DNA of 64,000 bases from an uncultured Nitrososphaeraceae archaeon (GTDB lineage: Archaea > Thermoproteota > Nitrososphaeria > Nitrososphaerales > Nitrososphaeraceae): NCBI GenBank assembly GCA_963779615.1, contig CAVZZA010000003.1, forward strand, positions 32,001 through 96,000, written 5' to 3'. The notes beneath the pieces were generated by a model. That model made no database searches. It saw only the letters and a list, made by a program, of their open reading frames with translations, and had not been told where the DNA came from. The position numbers and the translations under genes were made by a program. Positions 22,380 through 34,651 of the stretch are shown in pieces. How positions within the stretch are numbered: position 1 is the stretch's first letter; each line of letters opens with the position of its first letter.

Positions 22380-22793
22380 ATGGGAGAAATCATAGACAAG
22401 GTTAAAGATAAAGCAAAGGATGTTAAGGATGCAGTTGTAGACACAACAAAAGGCGTCGGAGAAAAAACAAAGGACACATTAACTCCATCATCATCCTCAT
22501 CAGATTCATCATATTCTGACTCACCATCGTCCAATCAAGATGGGAGATATGAAGAGGGTGGCCCAGGTACCGAAATAGGGAGAAAAGATGACCCCTTAAC
22601 AGAATACAGAGATAAAGAAGCAATGACACCTGCAAAAATAAATGCAGGGGAACCTACTGCTGTACGTAGAGATCCTTCAGACCAAAAGATAACAGAAGAA
22701 GGTCAAACAGGAACAGATACTGAACAAGCAAATGAGCAATTACGTAAACGTGGCATGACCAAACTCGATTCTGATTCTTCTAACACATCCTAA
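22380..22793 (+). CDS. Hydrophilic LEA/stress-like protein
   Basis: DKVKDKAKDVKDAVVDTTK repeats, Ser tract, no Cys/Trp/Phe; TATA-like TTTAAA about 35 nt upstream. Confidence 0.7.
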   Translation: MGEIIDKVKDKAKDVKDAVVDTTKGVGEKTKDTLTPSSSSSDSSYSDSPSSNQDGRYEEGGPGTEIGRKDDPLTEYRDKEAMTPAKINAGEPTAVRRDPSDQKITEEGQTGTDTEQANEQLRKRGMTKLDSDSSNTS

Positions 22794-22950
22794 AATATAA
22801 AATCAAATACAAAAAAGAAACAGAATACAAATTATCCCTTTTTTTATTTTTCCAAAACTTTTACCTCATTTTACTATATCAAGGTAATAAGGTTAGCAGT
22901 ACAACCTTAAAATTTGATGTTGCAATAAACTTTTTTGGAAAAGGAAAAAG

Positions 22951-23770
<820 letters not shown>

Positions 23771-23944
23771 GATATACCTGAGTCTCAACACTCAAGTATA
23801 AAAATTAACTTGGTTTCAATAAACTAAAACCTATTGCAACATGATTTAAATTATGTTGAATTAAAATGCTTTCAAAACACAGATAAAACATGAGAATCAC
23901 TTAACTATCACTTCTGGATACATTAAATAACTTTGATTTAACTA

Positions 23945-24274
23945 ATGGGTATGAGCGAATACAGAGATAACAATGTAAATTATACCGTAAAGATACTTAG
24001 GAACTCAATAAAATATTATCTACCAAGGGTGGAGGGATACCTTGAGGTTATACGAAACCTGTCTTCAGAATATAGTGGTATGTCACTTATAGAGTTTGAT
24101 GGGTATTTTGAGAAAAAGTTTGAGCCGGTAAAATATGTAAGGGTGGAAGTTCACATAGGCGAAATTGACGAAGGAAAAATAATAGAATTTGCAAATGACA
24201 TAAGAAACACACTTAGACAAAAGAGCCTGGCCATAGAATTTAACAATCAGCTGATGTTGGTAGAAGAAAAATGA
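23945..24274 (+). CDS. Hypothetical protein (possible ferredoxin-like fold)
   Basis: 109-aa ORF with ATG and an alternating alpha/beta pattern. Confidence 0.65.
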   Translation: MGMSEYRDNNVNYTVKILRNSIKYYLPRVEGYLEVIRNLSSEYSGMSLIEFDGYFEKKFEPVKYVRVEVHIGEIDEGKIIEFANDIRNTLRQKSLAIEFNNQLMLVEEK

Positions 24275-24654
24275 CAATAAACAAAATTTTCAACCTAAGC
24301 AAGACGTCACCAATTAAAAGAATAAAAGGTAATGCTCCCAAGAGATAATGATTGTTACAGATAAACCATGAAACAAAATTAGGTGCTTAACTAATAAATT
24401 TTAATGCGTTGACTACTAGCTAAATGAAGAAGTATTACTCGGATCTAGAGACATGACAGTTTGATACATCACTGGCAAGGATGAAATAACATTTTGAATT
24501 TAGAAAGCACCAACACAATTTGCCTGCAATTATCTTTTTTAGAAACGCAGGATTTATGTGAGGGAGAAGGAATTACAAATTGTTCTCCGATACATACACA
24601 TCTTTTTCTTTTCAGCATGTTGTTCATCTTAGGCAGAGGTAACAATGTAAACTC

Positions 24655-25002
24655 CTATGGTTCTGTCATTTTTTCATTTACTGAATTGACTCTATCTTCT
24701 AGTGTTTCCATTTTATCAAGTCTTTCGTCTATGCGAATCGTTGAAACTATTCGTTTGGCGCCCAAATCCTTTATAGCCTGATGTGCCACCTCAATTGACT
24801 TTAATATGTCCTGGATATTATTGGCCTCTATTTCCGTTCCCATTGCATTTAGATTGACTTTAACCCCCTTGAGTTTTTTAATTGCTTTAAAAGCAAACGC
24901 TATCTCTCTACTTATGCTTGTTTGCATTGCATCAGTTGAATAGTTTTTTCCCAGCGGGATTATGCTGATTTCTGCAACTACTTTAAGATTTTCTAATGCC
25001 AT
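24655..25002 (-). CDS. MTH1187/YkoF thiamine-binding family protein
   Basis: AEISIIPLG...SIS..IA, LNAMGTEIE, AHQA...GAKRIVSTIRIDERLDK and LEDRVNSV. Confidence 0.88.
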   Translation of the reverse strand: MALENLKVVAEISIIPLGKNYSTDAMQTSISREIAFAFKAIKKLKGVKVNLNAMGTEIEANNIQDILKSIEVAHQAIKDLGAKRIVSTIRIDERLDKMETLEDRVNSVNEKMTEP

Positions 25003-25743
25003 ATTATTACTACTTGTAAAGAATATGTAAATTTAATGTGCATTAAACCTTAAAAACACCTTCTTTTGGATATGGGAGCCGTATACTGCTAAACGGTAAT
25101 TGGATTATGTGCTTATTCCCTTTAATTGATGTTAAATCAATAGATTGTAATTCACACACCCTTCAACTTTAATATTGTATGTTCATTAATTTTAACCATT
25201 TATACATGCAGCATTGGGATGTATCTGCCTGTTTAATATTATTTTTAAGTCCAGCTTTCAAATCAGATTTTTGCTGTTTTGAGGCTATCGACCTTTCAAA
25301 ATACTTCAAGGTCAATAGCTTGGAATATTCCATCTTACAGTCTCAAATCAGTGAATACTCCTTGATCCGAGGATTATCCAATTTTTTGGCAAAACTTTGT
25401 GCTTCGTCCTATTGTACAATCAGTGGATGTTGCCAATCAGATAAACAGCTCAACTATTTGGATTGTAAAGCATGAGAAACCAGATTTAGTACAAATGAAT
25501 ATTGTTTTGGCAACCCAAAATCAACAACACTTATTTTGCCTATCGATTCCATCTCCTTAGATTTTATTTAGGTAGTCGATCAATCAAATTTGTTTCACAT
25601 TCCAATGAACCTATGATTCGTGTTTTTCTACAGATATTCTTCACTATTGCTTCACGAATATGGATTTTCATCCATCTATGAATTGCCCCAATCTTGCAAC
25701 ATGAAAACAAGATCTTCTTATAGTTTTATTCATAATAGCGCAT

Positions 25744-26106
25744 GTGAATTGCATGACAATTATTGCAATTGTTGCATCTATTTTTACTATTATAGCAGGA
25801 TTTTATCATATAATGATGGTTCCTGCCAACAATTTTAACGCCACAATTCTTTTTCTAGTTGGAGGTCTAGCCCAAATTTTTTGGGCAATACCCACTATAA
25901 GAAATTGGGGAAGAAAATGGGATTGTATAGGAATTGCTGGAACTATTGCTTTCATAACCATCTGGGCAATAACAAGGATACCTGATAACCCAATAACTGG
26001 GAGGGGAGGACCAATAGGCCAAAATGCAATCATTATAGAATTATCTCAAATAATGTTTGTTATTCTATTAGTTATCTTAGTTAGTAAAAGAAAAAAATCA
26101 AGATAA
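25744..26106 (+). CDS. Small integral membrane protein (about 4 TM)
   Basis: Four hydrophobic segments and WAITRIPDNPITGRGGP. Confidence 0.7.
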   Translation: MNCMTIIAIVASIFTIIAGFYHIMMVPANNFNATILFLVGGLAQIFWAIPTIRNWGRKWDCIGIAGTIAFITIWAITRIPDNPITGRGGPIGQNAIIIELSQIMFVILLVILVSKRKKSR

Positions 26107-26153
26107 CCAATGCCATAATCAAGTTTTTATAATAATACAAACGAGTAGCCTTA

Positions 26154-26378
26154 TTGACAAAAGACAAAACAACTCATCAAACAGTATTTACACAAGAACC
26201 AGGTCTTGGGTTAGTGGCTGTTGTTCCTTTTAATTGGGCTCACAGGCCTGTCAGGTTTGAATTTGAAGGTGAAGTGTTTACAACTAATGCAATTGAGAAC
26301 AATGGGAGGGCAGAGGTTCGATTTTCATCTCTATCGGCAGGGGGACCTGTTGAAATTGAACTTTATGAAAACAAGTAA
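26154..26378 (+). CDS. Small hypothetical protein
   Basis: 74-aa beta-rich ORF with natural composition, directly downstream of the membrane protein. Confidence 0.6.
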   Translation: MTKDKTTHQTVFTQEPGLGLVAVVPFNWAHRPVRFEFEGEVFTTNAIENNGRAEVRFSSLSAGGPVEIELYENK

Positions 26379-27075
26379 TTAGATTGGTTTTCCCAAAAGG
26401 GTTTTCTCATAATGTTTTTATTTAACATGTTCGAGTATGTAAAAGAAATTGCACTTTCGAAAAATATAGATTCAATTAAAGTGTGTCAAAACCCTACGTT
26501 TGGATTTTATCGATACACACAATAAATTTTCCTATATTCTTTTTACCCTTGATTATAATTCATTTCAACAAAGCATTGAAATAAAATATTATAAAAAACT
26601 CTGTACTATAGACACATAGATAGTCACCTAAAACAACATAGATTTGTTTATAAACTTTTTTTTCATTTACCACAATATTGTCTTTTTAAGAAGGAATGGT
26701 AAAAAATTGCATCTTCCAGGTTACATCTTTTTGGATATAACGCATTTAACCAAACATAACTTTTAATGAAATCTGTATTGGCACATATGGTTTGAGGGGA
26801 TTATCTATAAAAAATCTAAAGGAGCTTTTACTCATGTCTCAATTTCAGCAGCTTTGTATGAAAATGCCTTTTTAAAAACTTTTACTGGCAATTAAGTTAC
26901 TCCAAATAAAGCAAAAACACAAAGCATGCATCCAATACAAAACAGTCTCTGCATTTTTCTCCAAACAAGAAAAGGATCATCCCATTCAAATTGTAGTTAT
27001 TGTGTATACTACCTAAGAATTTCATGTAGACAGCACTGTAAATAAAGCACTCATTTTAAATGCCATTGCAATTAA

Positions 27076-27885
27076 TTAATCAGATAACTTTAACTCCAGA
27101 TCTTCAATTTTTTTTCTGATTTCTTTTATTTCCAATAGTATCTCTTTTTGGGTCGCAGGCTGCATAATTTCATTTTCTAATTGCTTGTATGCCTCTTCGG
27201 ATTTCCTTACAATCACTGCAACAAATATATTGATAACAATAAACGTTCCTATCACTATAAAGCTTATGAAGAAAAGCCCATAAAACGGATTCACAGTTGT
27301 TGCAGGAGACATTACCTCAACCCAGCCTTCCAATGTCAGTATTTGAAACAACGTTAAAACAGACCTCGGCAGTGTGTTCCAATGTTCTGGATCTATATTG
27401 TTAAATAAATGAAACCCCGCAATACCGTAGATAAAAAAAAGAAGAGACAAAAGTAAAAAAATGTTTACCATGCTTGGAATTGACTTAATTATCGTCATAA
27501 CCACAATTGACATTTCCCTGGATCGATTTGTTAAACGGGTAACTCGCAATAGTCTAATCAACCTGGCGACAGTGGAATAACCACCACCAAGGGGCAAAAG
27601 TGACAGTACGATAATTGAGAAATCCAATATGTTCCATCCGTCTTTAAAGTATTTGAAAACATTTGGGTACGAGGAAACCATCTTTAGTCCGGCCTCAATC
27701 ATAAAAACAGATAATACGAAAATGTTGATTGACTCAAAGAGCAAAAAATAGCTGTTAAATTCAGAAATTGTTTCTAACGCCAATACGGCTGCTTGTATCA
27801 ATATAACTATAGTTATGAAATAATTAAAACTTTTATGGTTAACTAACATTTTTACCATTGCAGACATTTTTACCATTGCAGACAT
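27076..27885 (-). CDS. Voltage-gated cation channel (BacNav/CavMr-like single-domain 6TM channel)
   Basis: S2 FMIEAGLKM, S3 DGWNILDFSII, S4 RLIRLLRVTRL, pore LFQILTLEGWVE, S6 INIFVAVIV and a C-terminal coiled coil. Confidence 0.92.
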   Translation of the reverse strand: MSAMVKMSAMVKMLVNHKSFNYFITIVILIQAAVLALETISEFNSYFLLFESINIFVLSVFMIEAGLKMVSSYPNVFKYFKDGWNILDFSIIVLSLLPLGGGYSTVARLIRLLRVTRLTNRSREMSIVVMTIIKSIPSMVNIFLLLSLLFFIYGIAGFHLFNNIDPEHWNTLPRSVLTLFQILTLEGWVEVMSPATTVNPFYGLFFISFIVIGTFIVINIFVAVIVRKSEEAYKQLENEIMQPATQKEILLEIKEIRKKIEDLELKLSD

Positions 27886-27889
27886 TTTT
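27847..27889. repeat. 18-bp tandem repeat at the channel start (MSAMVK x2)
   Basis: CATTTTTACCATTGCAGA twice, followed by CATTTTT. Confidence 0.9.
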
Positions 27890-28216
27890 CTCAGTTCTTA
27901 ATTTTATTTGTATAATATTTTTAACTTTTGAATGGTTATTCGCTCTTACATCAAAATTATGAACTATAACTGTATCGATAGGAATTATAAGAAGCGTGGC
28001 TTTTAAAATTCAATAAAGTTAGATTTATCTTTTGCTTGTATAATTTATCTGAAAAAAAACCGTTTTGTTTGTTGAAATAGAAGAATTATATGCAAGAGGG
28101 GGGAATGAAAATTCCAAAACGCTTGAAGATCAACCTTCAACAAATCATCATATCCTAACTAAACTGAATTACCTAAAAATAACAAACACAATCCAAAATA
28201 ATAAAAAAAAGGGTAA

Positions 28217-28435
28217 TTATTCTTTTTTTACGCCTTCTTTATGTATCCAATGGTACACAATGTTTTCGGCAGTAATCCAATAAGTTTCGGTACCCGCATC
28301 CACAATAATTTCCTTTGTATTGTCATCAAACTTTACATTATGTTTGTGCAACTCAAGCTCTTCACCAGAACCCAATCGGATCATTACCTCCCCATTATTT
28401 TCTACGCTGTCTTTTATAGATTCATAATTTGCCAT
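28217..28435 (-). CDS. Small hypothetical protein
   Basis: 72-aa ORF with ATG, one helix then beta strands (GEVMIRLGSGEELELHKH). Confidence 0.65.
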   Translation of the reverse strand: MANYESIKDSVENNGEVMIRLGSGEELELHKHNVKFDDNTKEIIVDAGTETYWITAENIVYHWIHKEGVKKE

Positions 28436-28907
28436 TATCTTAACTCAATTGTAATCTTCCTTTTAACTTTATCAGGAATAAAACGGAAAAACAAGTCATT
28501 AAATAAACATTAACGAATTCCTTTGGTTTTACTGCTTTTCCTTTATTTTGATATCGCAAAAGACGCTAATCCTATTTAACTTTGTAATTTAGGTTGCATT
28601 TTCCCTTTATCTTAATAAAGCAATACAATTGATTGATTTCAATTCCTTAGACATGGCTAGTGTTTGATTAAAAGAATTGGCTTATTTTTATTAATGAATA
28701 CGGGTATTGAAAATGACATTTAAGCACATGTAACTGTGAACAGGTATTTTTTGGGCATTAATAAAAAGAAATCACAGTACTAATAAAAAGGCATTTGACT
28801 GATATATTTATAGTTGTTAACATATGTACATATATGTATATTTGCATAAGGATCCCATTAGCAATATTTATCCACACTCAGGACAAGTATTTTAGAAGGT
28901 AAAGAGG

Positions 28908-29354
28908 ATGCCTGACAGATTATTTTCAGAAGATGACACGGAATTCATTGAGGCAAGAATCAATAACATTGGCTTTCTTGACACAATGGGATTGGAGGGC
29001 GCCGTTATCTTAAAATCCATCGACGGTGTGGAGTTTCCTATTGTTGCATTCTCGGGGGAGGTAGCAGGACACATAGCTCTGTTTCAACAGGGAAAAAAAA
29101 ATGACGTACCTACCATGTACAATCTGGTTGAAGAAATCGCGGTAATGCATGATTTACTTTTAATTGAGGTAAGAATATATCAAAGTGATTCGGCTTTGCG
29201 GGCTAACCTATATTTTCAAAACAGAAAAAAAGAAATCCAGATCCTGAGAAACTACCGCGCGTCTGATGCGATAGCGCTGGCGGCTTATCATGACATCCCA
29301 ATCAAGATAAGAAAGACATTATTGAAAAAAAAAGATAACGAGATTGGCATCTAA
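28908..29354 (+). CDS. Bifunctional nuclease / DUF151 family protein
   Basis: VILKS...FPI, PTMYNLV, RANLYF and RASDAIALA...IPIKI. Confidence 0.85.
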   Translation: MPDRLFSEDDTEFIEARINNIGFLDTMGLEGAVILKSIDGVEFPIVAFSGEVAGHIALFQQGKKNDVPTMYNLVEEIAVMHDLLLIEVRIYQSDSALRANLYFQNRKKEIQILRNYRASDAIALAAYHDIPIKIRKTLLKKKDNEIGI

Positions 29355-29850
29355 AAAAAATAGTATTGTATTTTCTTTCAACATATAACGCCTATATTTC
29401 ATTAATGAACATGACAAGGTTTTCAACTATCTACAATACTGTAACAAAATTTAATTGATCTAAAATAAACTGTTGTACTGCTTTATCTTTTAGCATTAGT
29501 TGGTGAAAATAGATTTAGGACAACAGCAAGCGTCAATACGTTAGGAGACCAACACGATTGGTAATGATGCCAATCTAAGAATTTCACATCGACATTTAGC
29601 AACACCCCATAAAACGGATTTGTTATTACAGGCATTAGGTAGAGACTGTGAAAGGCAATAATAGATATATAGAATTTTTCAATACATTCACCTTGAATAA
29701 CTTATTACTCTATTTCTTGTTTTTTTTCTTATGCATAGCCTTTAATTGTCATGTTCATAGATTAACATTATCATGGTATTATAAAAGAGAATATTTGGGT
29801 TTTTTATTATTTTGTTTTAGAAAAAACACAGCCATGAAGTACTCATAATC

Positions 29851-29985
29851 TTAAAGAGGTAGTAACGGCTTATTTTGTTTGTGCCACTACTCTTCTTCCC
29901 CTTCCAATTTTTCTCTTTGTTCCTCTTCTTCTTTTTCATGCTCTTTTTTTAATTCCTCCAAATCTTGGTCAGTTTCCATATTCAT
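29851..29985 (-). CDS. Putative charged microprotein (44 aa)
   Basis: MNMETDQDLEELKKEHEKEEEEQREKLEGKKSSGTQNKPLLPL, with a TATA-like TTTATATA just upstream. Confidence 0.35.
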
Positions 29986-30293
29986 TCCACAAATAATTTA
30001 TATATAAACACTTAAGCCTTTTATCAGAATTAGTTCATTACTAGTTTTGTTAACAATAATAAATAAGATATTTTGATTTAGTACCAGTGTAGAATACAAT
30101 TTGGTTTGCGACAAGTTATCAGTATTAGGCATTTCCATACAGTTTTTACAGATTATTTTTTTGGATTTTTATACCGAACAATAAGCAATACACCCAGAAA
30201 ACGCCATTCCGTAACACATTCTCCCATTAATTATTGGAGGTGGATGCTAAAGTAGCTTCATATTAACTCAGGTATTTAACACATAACAATATT

Positions 30294-31256
30294 TTGAGTG
30301 AAAAAGTTGACAAGAAGTACTGTATTTCAGTTTCCAATTTGAGAAAAGAATACGCACACAAAAAAGTTGCACTGGATGGCATTTCATTCAATGTGGAGTA
30401 TGGTAAGATATTCGGATTCCTTGGGCCGAACGGGGCTGGCAAGAGCACAACGATAAAGATATTAACCACATTACTTAACCCAACTTCCGGGAACGTGCAT
30501 ATCTTTGGAAAAGATATCACAAAATTTGCCGTTGAAATAAGAAAGAAAATAGGCGTGATATCTCAACAGCCAAGTTCGGAGAATCATTTGACAGTGGAAA
30601 AAGCCCTGGACCTGTATGGATTGCTATGGGGGATCAAAGGGAAGAAAAGGAAAGACAAAGTAAATGAAATAATTGAGGTGTTTGACCTGCAAGAAATTCG
30701 GAAAACAAATAATGACGAGCTCTCAATAGGTCAAAGAAGAAGGGTTCAAGTTGCAAGGGAATTTATCCATGACATGAAATTGCTTTTTTTAGATGAGCCT
30801 ACAGTTGGGTTGGATCCCTCTGCAAGGAGAATGCTCTTGGATTATATCAAAAGTCAGGTAAAGTTGGGCCTTACTGTTTTTTTTACAACTCACATAATGG
30901 AAGAAGCAGAATATTTATGCGATGAAATAGCCATCATCAACAGAGGAAAAATAATTGCTTTTGATACACCTAGCGGATTAAAGAATAAATATGATGTGAA
31001 CAAAATTATCGAGTTAGGGGTAAAGGATATTTCCGCCAAATCAATCTTTCCTTTATTAAAGGACACCGCTTTTGATTCACAAGTTGAAATTGATGGGGTG
31101 CACAGTTTTAAGATAAAGTCTTTAAATCCCCAACAGGTTTTAATTAAAATAATTGAAGGCTTTTCAAAAAACAATATACAGATAGAAAGCATCGCAATCA
31201 AATCTCCTTCTTTAGAAGAAATATTCCTAAATATGGTAAGCAATGAAAAGCAATAA
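30294..31256 (+). CDS. ABC-2/DrrA-type ABC transporter ATP-binding protein
   Basis: Walker A GPNGAGKST, signature LSIGQRRR, Walker B LLFLDEPT and H-loop TTHIMEEA. Confidence 0.95.
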   Translation: MSEKVDKKYCISVSNLRKEYAHKKVALDGISFNVEYGKIFGFLGPNGAGKSTTIKILTTLLNPTSGNVHIFGKDITKFAVEIRKKIGVISQQPSSENHLTVEKALDLYGLLWGIKGKKRKDKVNEIIEVFDLQEIRKTNNDELSIGQRRRVQVAREFIHDMKLLFLDEPTVGLDPSARRMLLDYIKSQVKLGLTVFFTTHIMEEAEYLCDEIAIINRGKIIAFDTPSGLKNKYDVNKIIELGVKDISAKSIFPLLKDTAFDSQVEIDGVHSFKIKSLNPQQVLIKIIEGFSKNNIQIESIAIKSPSLEEIFLNMVSNEKQ

Positions 31257-31279
31257 AATAAAAACTCCGACAAATTGTT

Positions 31280-32074
31280 TTACACTTTTACTTTCAACAT
31301 AGAAATGGCGGCGATTAAAAAAGCTATGGACGAAATCACTGAAATAATAACGACTTCAATAGCAGTAAAGCCAGTAATTTGTGAGTATATCCCCGCCCTG
31401 GTTATATCTACTATATAGGTTAGAGGATTAATGTAGAAGGCTGTCTTTAGAGGTTCAGGTACTGATTCCGCAGGATAAAATGTAGAACTTGCAAAGGCGA
31501 AAAACAAAAAAACACCATTACTGATAACAGTAAATCCTTCACTGCTTTTTAGCCTTGTGGATATTATTACTGTAACAGACCCAAAAAATACTGCACCGAT
31601 GACTATGGCAAAAATTGTAAAAGGTATACTCACCATTGTGGGATTTGCATTGCCTACCATAGTCGGAAGGCCAACCACTAGGATCAATGCAGCGCTAGCC
31701 AGCCCCATAATCATAATGGTAACAAGATTACCGATTATGTATTGGAGTTTTGTAAAAGGCAAGACAAGCAATTGCTGAAACATGCCGTTCCTCTTATCAC
31801 TCCAAATAATGCTTCCAGTAACAGTACTGCTATTCATAACATTAAAACCAATCATTCCCACGGCCAAATACGAGGGATATGAAACGAGTATATCGCCTAT
31901 TTGCACTCCTTGATTTCCAATTAATCCAGAATATGCATATCCTGATACAAATATATAAAAAGTAGGAAAGACAACTTGCCATATCAAAAACACCTTATCG
32001 ATAGAAGCTACAAGGTTTCTATAGGTTAACGTTAAAACTTCATTAAACAACATCGCATCAATTAAGAGTATCAT
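31280..32074 (-). CDS. ABC-2 type permease
   Basis: About 6 TM segments, DKRNGMFQQLLVLP and SSTFYP...INPLTY. Confidence 0.9.
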   Translation of the reverse strand: MILLIDAMLFNEVLTLTYRNLVASIDKVFLIWQVVFPTFYIFVSGYAYSGLIGNQGVQIGDILVSYPSYLAVGMIGFNVMNSSTVTGSIIWSDKRNGMFQQLLVLPFTKLQYIIGNLVTIMIMGLASAALILVVGLPTMVGNANPTMVSIPFTIFAIVIGAVFFGSVTVIISTRLKSSEGFTVISNGVFLFFAFASSTFYPAESVPEPLKTAFYINPLTYIVDITRAGIYSQITGFTAIEVVIISVISSIAFLIAAISMLKVKV

Positions 32075-32281
32075 TTTTCCATGTTATTATGTGCTTTGCG
32101 GCTTCAATTTTTTTCTTCTTTTCACTTTTTTTACCCTTTAAATTATATTTTCAAATGACGCAACTCGCCCTGTAAATCACAGATCATCCAACAGACAGAT
32201 TGTAACGATTATCAAATGCATTGAAATCCTATATCGCCATAAAGGAGGCAAACTAGCAATGTTTTGCAGGCATTCAGTAAT

Positions 32282-33715
32282 TTAATTATTAATTTTCTGG
32301 TACCTTTCATAACATAATTTCATAATAAACGGGATAGTTGAAACTACCATAAGAATCGCCGATATCAGGAAGATGGCCTGTAAAGAGGTCACAAATGCGT
32401 CAACTTTCATTGTGTCAATATTTAATGCATCAAAGGATCCTGAAAAGATATTTTGAGTCTCATGTAATGGCATAATATGAGTAAATACCAAAAATACCAG
32501 ACCAATGCTGAATGCACTTCCTGTCATAACCAACGTGGTACTTATACCTGCCGCCACTCCTCTTCTAAAAGATGGAACAGAATTCATGATTATAGTTCTA
32601 TTAGGCGATGCAAATATTCCCATTCCAGCCCCTACCAAGACCAAAGGCAACACAGAATCATAAAAGGACATTGTTGCACCTACCGAGGAAAGTATAAAAA
32701 AACCTGCTGCAGATATAAGCAACCCCGCAGGTGCGATTAAGGTAAAGTTGTATTTATCGTATAACCATCCACTTATTGGCGCAAAGGCAGCCAATGCCAG
32801 GGAAACTGGGATCAGATAGATTCCTGCGTCGAGGGAACCGAGTCTCATTGATGGCCCCTGAAGATAAAACACCATAACCAATGTAAAGGCTCCCCTGGCT
32901 AATGCGTTGAGAAATATAGCGATATTACTACTGGTAAAAAGATTTATTCTAAATAAAGAAAAATCAAACATTGGTTTTGACACTTTTTTCTCCACAAAGT
33001 AAAACAAGGTTAGTAGGGCAGAGCCTCCCAAAATAACTAAACAAATTTTTAACTGATCAATAACCTGAAATGCCCCAAAAGTTATTCCAACCAAAAGAAG
33101 AAGCATTCCTCCAGAAAATACAGCGTTTCCTAGCCAATCTATTTTCTCTTTTTTAATTGTACCCAATTCTTTTAGCTTGGAGTATGCCCAAAGGGTCGCA
33201 AATATCCCTATAGGCATATTTATCCAGAATATGGATCTCCACCCTAAATATGAAGTCAAAAACCCTCCAAGGGCAAGCCCTATTACAGAACCTACAACTA
33301 TAGATATCTGGTTTAAACCCAATGCTCTTCCCCTCTCATTTTCTGGGAAAACATCTGTAATGATTGCAGCACTATTTGAGAAGAGAAATGCCGCCCCTAC
33401 GGCTTGAACAACTCGAAACATTATCAACTGTTCTCCAGTACTGGAAATGCTACATAGGGCAGAACCGACGGTAAATACTGCAAAGCCCATATTATACAAT
33501 TTGACTCGTCCAAACATATCGGCTAGCCTACCAAAAGTTAAAAGTACAGATGCAGTCACTACCCAGTATCCAATAGCTATCCATACAAGTGTCAGAAGCG
33601 ATGCATGGAGATCGTACGCTATTGCGGGTAAGGCAATGATAACAATGTTTCTATCAAGGGACGCCATTAATGTACCAATTGTAGTATTACTTAACGCCAT
33701 CCATTTGTAATTCAA
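32282..33715 (-). CDS. MFS transporter, DHA2 (EmrB/QacA-like)
   Basis: Motif A GRLADMFGRVK, FRVVQAVG, WRSIFWINMPIG and about 14 TM. Confidence 0.92.
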   Translation of the reverse strand: MNYKWMALSNTTIGTLMASLDRNIVIIALPAIAYDLHASLLTLVWIAIGYWVVTASVLLTFGRLADMFGRVKLYNMGFAVFTVGSALCSISSTGEQLIMFRVVQAVGAAFLFSNSAAIITDVFPENERGRALGLNQISIVVGSVIGLALGGFLTSYLGWRSIFWINMPIGIFATLWAYSKLKELGTIKKEKIDWLGNAVFSGGMLLLLVGITFGAFQVIDQLKICLVILGGSALLTLFYFVEKKVSKPMFDFSLFRINLFTSSNIAIFLNALARGAFTLVMVFYLQGPSMRLGSLDAGIYLIPVSLALAAFAPISGWLYDKYNFTLIAPAGLLISAAGFFILSSVGATMSFYDSVLPLVLVGAGMGIFASPNRTIIMNSVPSFRRGVAAGISTTLVMTGSAFSIGLVFLVFTHIMPLHETQNIFSGSFDALNIDTMKVDAFVTSLQAIFLISAILMVVSTIPFIMKLCYERYQKINN

Positions 33716-34066
33716 ATTTAGCTATTAGTTTAATAACTGTATTATAAATAATATTTCCAAAGTGCCTTGGCTCACTGTATCCTACGTATAAATTGTTTTT
33801 GAATAAAAAATTATATTGATTGCTGAATAAAAACAGGTAAGCAAAGCCTGTTGTCGTTACTACACAGTTGTGAGACAATTTTGCTAGGATATGGCCCCAG
33901 GAATGGGCTGAATGAAAAAAGAGCAAAAGTGAAATTTAAAATTGGTAGATGCACATGTCAAAACGTGCAAAACACAGCATCACTAGACAATATTGATTTT
34001 GAATTGTATTGCTATGCCTTTTGGCACTAAATGAATTAAGTTAAGTTTTTAAATACACTGTAATAA

Positions 34067-34570
34067 TTGCTGATATTGTACATATCCACATTCATTTTAG
34101 TTTCAATCATGATAGAATTATTGTTATTTACCCTAACTCAAAATAGTAATGCCCAATTGGATTTTCCTACCAATTACACTCTTGACATTAAAATTCAAGA
34201 AAAAAATCAACTAGCCAGTGGTAATCATACTTCTCAGCTATACAGCTCGGGAGCAATCAATACAAATGTGGGCGACTTGATAGGAGCAAAAATTGCCAGG
34301 TCTTCAACCTATATATTAGTGTCAGAAGACCAGGTTTTTCTGAAATTCAATTTAAAAATTCCTGAAGAAATTGGCAGTACTAATTCCAATGTGGAAAAAG
34401 TAGACTTTTTCTTAAAGGTCGATGCCATAAAAGACAGTGAAAATCAAACAAAGACATATGTACTAAAACCACAACAATACAGTAATGCCCAAATAGCAAA
34501 CCATAAGGTTTTAGGAGGATTGATTGACCTTCAAGGAAGTAAAGGCATTTTACGCTTATATTTACTATAG
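34067..34570 (+). CDS. Secreted hypothetical protein
   Basis: Hydrophobic N-terminus ending in SNA-Q, followed by a beta-rich domain. Confidence 0.6.
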   Translation: MLILYISTFILVSIMIELLLFTLTQNSNAQLDFPTNYTLDIKIQEKNQLASGNHTSQLYSSGAINTNVGDLIGAKIARSSTYILVSEDQVFLKFNLKIPEEIGSTNSNVEKVDFFLKVDAIKDSENQTKTYVLKPQQYSNAQIANHKVLGGLIDLQGSKGILRLYLL

Positions 34571-34651
34571 ACATACTTTGAAATTAAATTGCTTTGTTTT
34601 TTTTCACTGACCCTTAAACTCTTAAAAATGATTGTGTACTAAACTATTCTT

